Of a stretch of 64,000 nucleotides of DNA, positions 58,173-64,000 are shown in pieces. The notes beneath the pieces were generated by a model that ran no database searches, was not told the origin of the DNA, and was given only the letters and a program-made list of their open reading frames with translations. The translations under genes were made by a program, and so were the position numbers. Position 1 is the first letter of the stretch. Every line of letters begins with the position of its first letter. The stretch is from Nautiliaceae bacterium (GTDB taxonomy: Bacteria > Campylobacterota > Campylobacteria > Campylobacterales > Nautiliaceae), in contig JBDONT010000026.1 in assembly GCA_039831155.1 (NCBI GenBank), forward strand, positions 1-64,000, written 5' to 3'.

Positions 58173-61001
58173 ATGAGATATCTATTTATTATCGTTTTGA
58201 TATTCTTAGGATGTCAAAACCCCTCACCTTCAAAATACAAAACCCTCTATGAAAAAACAAAAGCCAAGAACTCATCCTACTCCCAATGGCAGGAGAAAAA
58301 AACACCTCTAAAAATTATAGGAATAATCTACATAAACCCTCTAACCACTCAAACAAAAGAGTTCAAAAACTACACAAAACTTCTCTCTTACATTGCAAAA
58401 CACCCTAATTACCTAAACTTAAACCAAAAATTCACTTCCGTTCAATTTATAAAAAAATCTTCCGACCAAAAATTTAATGCCGTTTACAAAAACAGATTCG
58501 AAGACAAAGAGATATTAAACGACATCTTAAGAAATTACCCGGACACCCCCTCATCCGAAATAGCTATTATGCTTGATTATGAAGAGCTTCAAAAAGGAAA
58601 CCTGGTAATTAAAGGCTACAAAAGCGTAAAAATAAAAGGGAAAAAAAGAAACTCTTACTTTTTTACCCTAAAAAAACCGGAATACTCCAAACTTAACAAA
58701 AAACAAAAACAACAAGCACTAATAAACTCAATAAAAGCCGTTTTAAACCTATCAATTCCTAATTACATCTCAATAAACACCCAAAACTTTATACAAAAAG
58801 AGAAATTTAAAAAAATCTACTCTACCAAAAACGGCGTTATAAAAAAAGAGACCTTTTTTAACCCTATAAAAAACGCCCTTAACAAACTTAAATTTAAAAA
58901 AAGAATGATTTTATCAAACAACGAATCGGTATATCTTTTACACAACTTTTTTCCTCAGAGATTCAGTATTTATAAGAATTTCGCAGCTATCCAAAATAGA
59001 AAACAAATTGTAATAATAAATCTGTTAACCGGAAAAATCATAAAAAAAATTCCAACCGACATTTCAATACATCAAATAAAATTAAACGAAAATCTAATAA
59101 TCGTAGGCTATAAAAGCTCCCTAATATCAAGCAAAAACTTCTTAGAAGTAATAAACCCTAAAACAAAAGAGACCGTTTTAAAAAAAGAAATCCCCTCTTT
59201 AACGACAGCCCTTACCGACAAAGCCGTTTACTATTTAGACAAAAACAAAAAAGAACTTAACATTTTATTCCTAAAAGACTTTACAACAAAAACAATTAAA
59301 CTTCCTCAATCGTCTTATAAAATTTTTACAAACGACAAAACGATTATCCTAAAAGGATACAACCAAATATTAACCCTAAATGCCAATACTTTAAGAGTTA
59401 TAAAATCAACCTATATTCGACCGACTTACCACTTTACGTCTTTAAAATACTCCCCTAACCTTCAAACAAAAATAAAAATAACCTATCCTAACCGTTTAAC
59501 TAATATACAAATCTCAACCCCTACTAAAAAAACGACAATTTCCACAAACAACAGACTTTTGACATTGGCTTTTTCCAAAGACTCAAAATATGTGGCTTTG
59601 GCGTTTAACGTAATAAAAAATAAAATCTTCTTTTCAAACAATTTCAAAATAGATATTTACGATTTACAATCTCTAAAAAAAATAAACACCCTTTATTTTG
59701 AAGCGTTTAAAATGGCATTTTACAATCACAACCTCGTAATTTTTTCAAAAGACACCATAAGAATCTTAGATATACGTAAAAAACCGAATAAAACCCTCGT
59801 TTCCTCAAAAGATAAAATAACCTTCTCTCCAAATAAAAACTACTTTTTATTAAAAAACACCTATAAAAAAATCCAATTTGAAGTATATGACCTAAACTTT
59901 AAAAAACTTCTCTCAAAAAAACTATATAAAAAAGACGGCTACTCGGAACTGCTCATAACAAACAAATACGCCGTTTATTTCTACTCCCCTTGGGGATATT
60001 CACCAAATAAAAAATCGCTAATTCACTTTTACAACCTAAAAACAAAAAAAGAAAAAGAGATTTGGGCTAATGTAGCCTCTTTTAAAGTTTCTCCCTGTGG
60101 GGATGATGTTTGTCTTATAAACACCAAAGATTATCAACTCTATAAAATCTCCCCAAACGGCGTAAAAAAACTCTCAAACTCTTTACCGAAAAAATTTATC
60201 GTCTCTTTAAAAGTAAGCCCGGATTCTCAAAAAGCCGTAATAAACTACTTCAAAAAAACATTAATCTACGACCTTAAAACCTCCAAACAAACGCTAATAA
60301 ACACAAAAATAAACAAATCGTTTGCTATAACGGATAAATTTCTTTTTTATATCCAAAAAAATACTCTAAACAAACTATCCCTAACCACCCTAAAAACCGT
60401 AAAAAAAGAAATAAATACTCCAGTATCCCCTAAACTGCTAGCAGATAATAAACACATTTACATAACTTCATCGATTTATAATAAAAACTTTACGCAAGTA
60501 TTCGATTATAACCTAAACCTAATCACAATACTGCCTTATAAAATAGTAAATTCCACCAAAAACTACCTAATAAGCAAAACCGGAAGTACCCTTACATTAA
60601 TAAACAAAAGTTTTTTAAACGTAAACTTAAAACCTATAGACGAAAAAATAGCTAACATAAAAAACAGCTTTTTTAATAAAAGCAAAAAAGAGATAAAACA
60701 ACTAATCTTCACAACTCCCCTAAACCCAAAAGATTTACTTGTTTTAAAAACTACTAATTACATAACTTCGTTTAAAACAACGCTTCGTGCAAAGGAAGTG
60801 GAAAAAATAGCAGATATTTTAGGAGTCGACTTTTTAGACCCTCTTTTGGCTTATAATGTAAGCTTTTTAAAAAAATACGCACTTAAAGTCGTAAAATACT
60901 CAAACACCTACGAAACAATCTTAAAACCCTTTTACGATATAAACGAAATATTTTTCAATTCGCCTTTTGATTACAAAAAAGCCGGATTTCAAAGGAGATA
61001 G
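58173..61001 (+). CDS. Large lipoprotein with probable beta-propeller region, paralog of 52266 gene
   Basis: Lipobox FLGC; WD40-like blades (LAFSKDSKYVA, FSPNKNY, VSPDSQKA, IYDL.S/T.K). Confidence 0.78.
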   Translation: MRYLFIIVLIFLGCQNPSPSKYKTLYEKTKAKNSSYSQWQEKKTPLKIIGIIYINPLTTQTKEFKNYTKLLSYIAKHPNYLNLNQKFTSVQFIKKSSDQKFNAVYKNRFEDKEILNDILRNYPDTPSSEIAIMLDYEELQKGNLVIKGYKSVKIKGKKRNSYFFTLKKPEYSKLNKKQKQQALINSIKAVLNLSIPNYISINTQNFIQKEKFKKIYSTKNGVIKKETFFNPIKNALNKLKFKKRMILSNNESVYLLHNFFPQRFSIYKNFAAIQNRKQIVIINLLTGKIIKKIPTDISIHQIKLNENLIIVGYKSSLISSKNFLEVINPKTKETVLKKEIPSLTTALTDKAVYYLDKNKKELNILFLKDFTTKTIKLPQSSYKIFTNDKTIILKGYNQILTLNANTLRVIKSTYIRPTYHFTSLKYSPNLQTKIKITYPNRLTNIQISTPTKKTTISTNNRLLTLAFSKDSKYVALAFNVIKNKIFFSNNFKIDIYDLQSLKKINTLYFEAFKMAFYNHNLVIFSKDTIRILDIRKKPNKTLVSSKDKITFSPNKNYFLLKNTYKKIQFEVYDLNFKKLLSKKLYKKDGYSELLITNKYAVYFYSPWGYSPNKKSLIHFYNLKTKKEKEIWANVASFKVSPCGDDVCLINTKDYQLYKISPNGVKKLSNSLPKKFIVSLKVSPDSQKAVINYFKKTLIYDLKTSKQTLINTKINKSFAITDKFLFYIQKNTLNKLSLTTLKTVKKEINTPVSPKLLADNKHIYITSSIYNKNFTQVFDYNLNLITILPYKIVNSTKNYLISKTGSTLTLINKSFLNVNLKPIDEKIANIKNSFFNKSKKEIKQLIFTTPLNPKDLLVLKTTNYITSFKTTLRAKEVEKIADILGVDFLDPLLAYNVSFLKKYALKVVKYSNTYETILKPFYDINEIFFNSPFDYKKAGFQRR

Positions 61002-62162
61002 ATGAAAAAACCAAGCTTAACCTTTTCTCTTTTTAAAAGCTCCTTTTTTCTTGTTTTTATTTTATATCTTTTGACGCTGATAATTTTAAACACCATTTTA
61101 ATATTAAAAGAGTCTTACAAAACATCCCTTGAAAACGAATTTGCAACCAAACAGCCCCATATAAAAATAACCTATATAAACTCAAACTTAAAAGACATCT
61201 CAAAAGATTTGAAATTGATAAAAAAAATCCCCCTTGTAAAGGCTATAACCCCTTTTAGCGAAGGGGAAGAGTTTTTCGAATCCATAGGCTACAAAAAAAC
61301 AGGAGCCAACTCTTTATATAACGGCAATATTAAAATAATAGGAATTTTAACAGACAGTTTCGTATACGATTTTTTCGATATGAAGTTTTTGCCTTTTGGG
61401 GATTTTCAAGTTCCTTTGACTGTAGTTGAATTTATATATAAATTCAGAACAACCCCCAATCTCATAATTTTTAATCAAACGCTATTTAAATCATATTTTC
61501 CGGTAATAGAATCAACAGAAGATTTTAGCTTTAAAAACAAACATTCTCTTAATGGCAAACTATGCGGAGTGTTTAACGACTTTAGTAACTCCCCTACAAT
61601 CTATACCAACTTATACTTTGCAAACAGACTATTAAACAAACCTTTAAATCACGCAGACGGATTTTTCGTAAATGCAACTTCCATAAAAAAAATAGACGCA
61701 CTTTTAGAAAACCTAAAAAAAATCCTCCCCAAAAACAGATTTATAATCCACTCGTGGCTTGAGCTTAGAAAAAAGCAGTTTGATATGTTTTATCTTTTTT
61801 CTATGCTCTCTTTAATCATCATTACAGCCATTTTTCTTTTGTCTTTGCTTTTTGCGGTTTTAATAATTTATCATTCAATAGTAAAAAAAAGCTATCAATT
61901 ATCGGTTCTTTTTACACTGGGTTACAACCTTAAAAAAGAGATTATGTGTATCATTTCGGTTATTATCTCCATAGCGACGATTATTAATTTTTACACCGTT
62001 TCAAACCTAACCCCAAAAATCCTAAAAACCCTAAACCTCCCAACCTCCAACACCCTAAAGACGGCTTTTTACGCAACTTGTTTTTTAGATTTGTTTTTTA
62101 TTACGGTAAGTTTTTTTATTATAAAAACCACTTATGAATTAAAAGCAAAAAGCGTCTTTTGA
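61002..62162 (+). CDS. Second LolC/LolE-like ABC permease
   Basis: TM1-...QPHIKI, periplasmic domain, SW......F..., and V.K......L.TLG motifs. Confidence 0.75.
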   Translation: MKKPSLTFSLFKSSFFLVFILYLLTLIILNTILILKESYKTSLENEFATKQPHIKITYINSNLKDISKDLKLIKKIPLVKAITPFSEGEEFFESIGYKKTGANSLYNGNIKIIGILTDSFVYDFFDMKFLPFGDFQVPLTVVEFIYKFRTTPNLIIFNQTLFKSYFPVIESTEDFSFKNKHSLNGKLCGVFNDFSNSPTIYTNLYFANRLLNKPLNHADGFFVNATSIKKIDALLENLKKILPKNRFIIHSWLELRKKQFDMFYLFSMLSLIIITAIFLLSLLFAVLIIYHSIVKKSYQLSVLFTLGYNLKKEIMCIISVIISIATIINFYTVSNLTPKILKTLNLPTSNTLKTAFYATCFLDLFFITVSFFIIKTTYELKAKSVF

Positions 62163-62197
62163 TTTTATGATATAATTTCGCAAAAAGGTCTTACAAA

Positions 62198-62497
62198 ATG
62201 ACAGGAGTTTTATTCGTATTTCAAATCGTGCTTGTAATAGCGATAGTTATTTTAGTTCTTCTACAAAAATCAGAATCTATGGGGCTTGGAGCGTATTCAA
62301 GCTCAAACAATACGGTATTCGGTGCCAAAGGTCCTATGAACTTTTTGACAAAAGCCACAATGGTACTTGGACTTTTATTCGTTTTAAACACTTTAACACT
62401 GGTTTATCTATACAACAAACAACCAAACGTTTCCTCTTTAGATAAAGTAAAAACTGAAAAAACAATCCCACCGGTTCCTAAAGCACCTACAAACTAA
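62198..62497 (+). CDS. secG: Preprotein translocase SecG
   Basis: VLLQ.S...GLG, FG..G..NFLTKAT; own extended -10 TGATATAAT at 62168. Confidence 0.93.
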   Translation: MTGVLFVFQIVLVIAIVILVLLQKSESMGLGAYSSSNNTVFGAKGPMNFLTKATMVLGLLFVLNTLTLVYLYNKQPNVSSLDKVKTEKTIPPVPKAPTN

Positions 62498-63417
62498 TGA
62501 GATTTTTACTTTTTTTCCTTCCTCTTTGGCTTTTTGCCGAAGCTCATCTATTTGTTTTACACCGAATAGACGATTTTAGACACCCTTACACAAACACATC
62601 TTCTAAGGAACTGGTAAAATATTTCAAATATCTAAAAACTCACAACTACAAAGCCGTAACACTCTCAACCCTTATAAAAATGCAAAAAGAAGGCAAAAAC
62701 ATTGATAAAATAGTCGTTTTTACAATAGACGACTCTTATAAAAGCTTTTATAAAAACGGGCTTCCTTTATTTATAAAATACAAAATCCCTTTTACGCTTT
62801 TTGTCTACACAAAAGCAACCACCCAAAAATGGGGCGATTTTATGAGCTGGAAACAAGTAAAAGAGTGTACCAAATACGGAGAACTAGGAGTTCACAGCTG
62901 GGCTCATCCCCATTTAGCGAAACTAACCGACAAAGAGATTATAAAAGATACGAAAAAAGCTATAAACTCCTTTAAAAAACATATAGGATACGTCCCTAAT
63001 ATGTACGCCTACCCTTACGGAGAATACGATAAAAGAGTTCAAAAAATAATCAACTCCTTTTTCCCTATAATAGTCAACCAAAACCCTGGGGCTTACGGGC
63101 TAACTTCTCCTATAAACGATATAGACAGATTCGCTTTAACGGGAAAAGTTGATATTTCAAAAAAACTGAAAATTAAAATCCTTCACATAAAAAACCTCAA
63201 AATAGAAAGAAATAAAAACAAAGTCACAAAAATTTCGGGATTTACAAACAAACCTTACTTAAACATTTACATCACGAAGCTTGGTTGGAAAGGTGTTAAA
63301 GTAAAAAACGGATATTTCGAATATAAGCCCGATTTCAAACTCAAAAAATATAGAAATAGAGTTATCATAAGATATAATTATGAAATGATTTCAAAACTAA
63401 TTTTAAAGGAGGAGTAA
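62497..63417 (+). CDS. Polysaccharide deacetylase (CE4)
   Basis: FTIDD, HSWAH and AYPYGEY motifs. Confidence 0.88.
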   Translation: MRFLLFFLPLWLFAEAHLFVLHRIDDFRHPYTNTSSKELVKYFKYLKTHNYKAVTLSTLIKMQKEGKNIDKIVVFTIDDSYKSFYKNGLPLFIKYKIPFTLFVYTKATTQKWGDFMSWKQVKECTKYGELGVHSWAHPHLAKLTDKEIIKDTKKAINSFKKHIGYVPNMYAYPYGEYDKRVQKIINSFFPIIVNQNPGAYGLTSPINDIDRFALTGKVDISKKLKIKILHIKNLKIERNKNKVTKISGFTNKPYLNIYITKLGWKGVKVKNGYFEYKPDFKLKKYRNRVIIRYNYEMISKLILKEE

Positions 63418-63971
63418 TGCAAGAGGTATTTGATTTCGCAAAAGAACATATGGAAAAAAGTATAGAAGTGCTAAAAAAAGACTTAAACACTCTAAGAACG
63501 GGGAAAGTTTCAATTCACGTACTTGACGGTGTAAAAGTTGAATATTACGGAGCTCCAACTCCACTAAACCAGGTTGCAAACGTAAACGCAGTTGACGCGA
63601 CTACAATCGTGGTAAGTCCTTGGGATAAATCTATTATAAACGATATCGAAAAAGCTATCCAAGAAGCAAACGTAGGAGCAAATCCGAATAACGACGGAGA
63701 TACGATAAAACTATACTTCCCGCCTATGACGGAAGAAGAGAGAAAAAAACAAGCTAAAAAAGCAAAAGAATTCGGTGAAAAAGCAAAAATCGCCATTAGA
63801 AACATAAGACGCGAAGCAAACGACGAAATTAAAAAAATGTTTAAAAACAAAGAAATAACCGAAGACGACCAAAAAAGAGGACTTGATAAAGTTCAAGAAA
63901 TTACCGACATTTACGTAGCTAAAGTTGACGAAATTGTAAACAAAAAAATAGATGACGTTATGAGAGTATAA
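63417..63971 (+). CDS. frr: Ribosome recycling factor
   Basis: LRTG, YYG.PTPL.QVA, P.NDG and RNIRR motifs. Confidence 0.97.
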   Translation: MQEVFDFAKEHMEKSIEVLKKDLNTLRTGKVSIHVLDGVKVEYYGAPTPLNQVANVNAVDATTIVVSPWDKSIINDIEKAIQEANVGANPNNDGDTIKLYFPPMTEEERKKQAKKAKEFGEKAKIAIRNIRREANDEIKKMFKNKEITEDDQKRGLDKVQEITDIYVAKVDEIVNKKIDDVMRV

Positions 63972-63973
63972 CA

Positions 63974-64000
63974 ATGAACGTAAAAGAGATTTATAAAAAA
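63974..64000 (+). CDS. Start of next gene (MNVKEIYKK), probably pyrE
   Basis: Only 9 codons visible; frr-pyrE adjacency recalled from Campylobacterota. Confidence 0.4.

Noticed and set aside
49127-62162. Type VI secretion locus
   Set aside because: Only Tag-like accessory architectures; no Hcp, VgrG, TssB/C, ClpV or PpkA motifs seen.
1-64000. CRISPR array, rRNA, riboswitch; other short opposite-strand ORFs in the track
   Set aside because: No regularly spaced repeats or rRNA motifs were seen, intergenic gaps are short, and the remaining small ORFs lie inside well-supported genes.

Overview
AT-rich, gene-dense chromosomal window. Gene content and order suggest a Campylobacterota (epsilonproteobacterial) organism, probably Nautiliaceae-like; this is inferred from rnhA-rnc-aroC, lpxA-clpX-mreBC, speE-coaE, secG-frr, futalosine mqnA and thyX. 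At the left edge is the boundary of a probable genomic island at a tRNA-Ser 3' end. It carries a GmrSD-type (DUF262/DUF1524) nuclease gene split by an IS3-family element, which the ORF track misses. A Gly-Cys-Leu-Ser tRNA cluster follows. Next come housekeeping genes (Moco, aroC, rnc, rnhA, pckA, htrA, mreBC, clpX, lpxA, fabZ, queH, coaE, thyX, leuC), an oxygen-defence pair (superoxide reductase plus cytochrome bd), a histone-fold DUF1931 gene, a type II secretion cluster with an embedded large lipoprotein, and a degenerate PBP-like fusion. The most unusual element is a tightly coupled 11-gene, ~13 kb operon (49127-62162). It encodes an accessory LolC/LolE/LolD-like ABC transporter, a possible LolA-like carrier, and paralogous lipoproteins with non-catalytic FGE/C-type-lectin-like domains into which different passenger domains appear to be inserted. 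All assignments are by eye from motifs; no searches were run.
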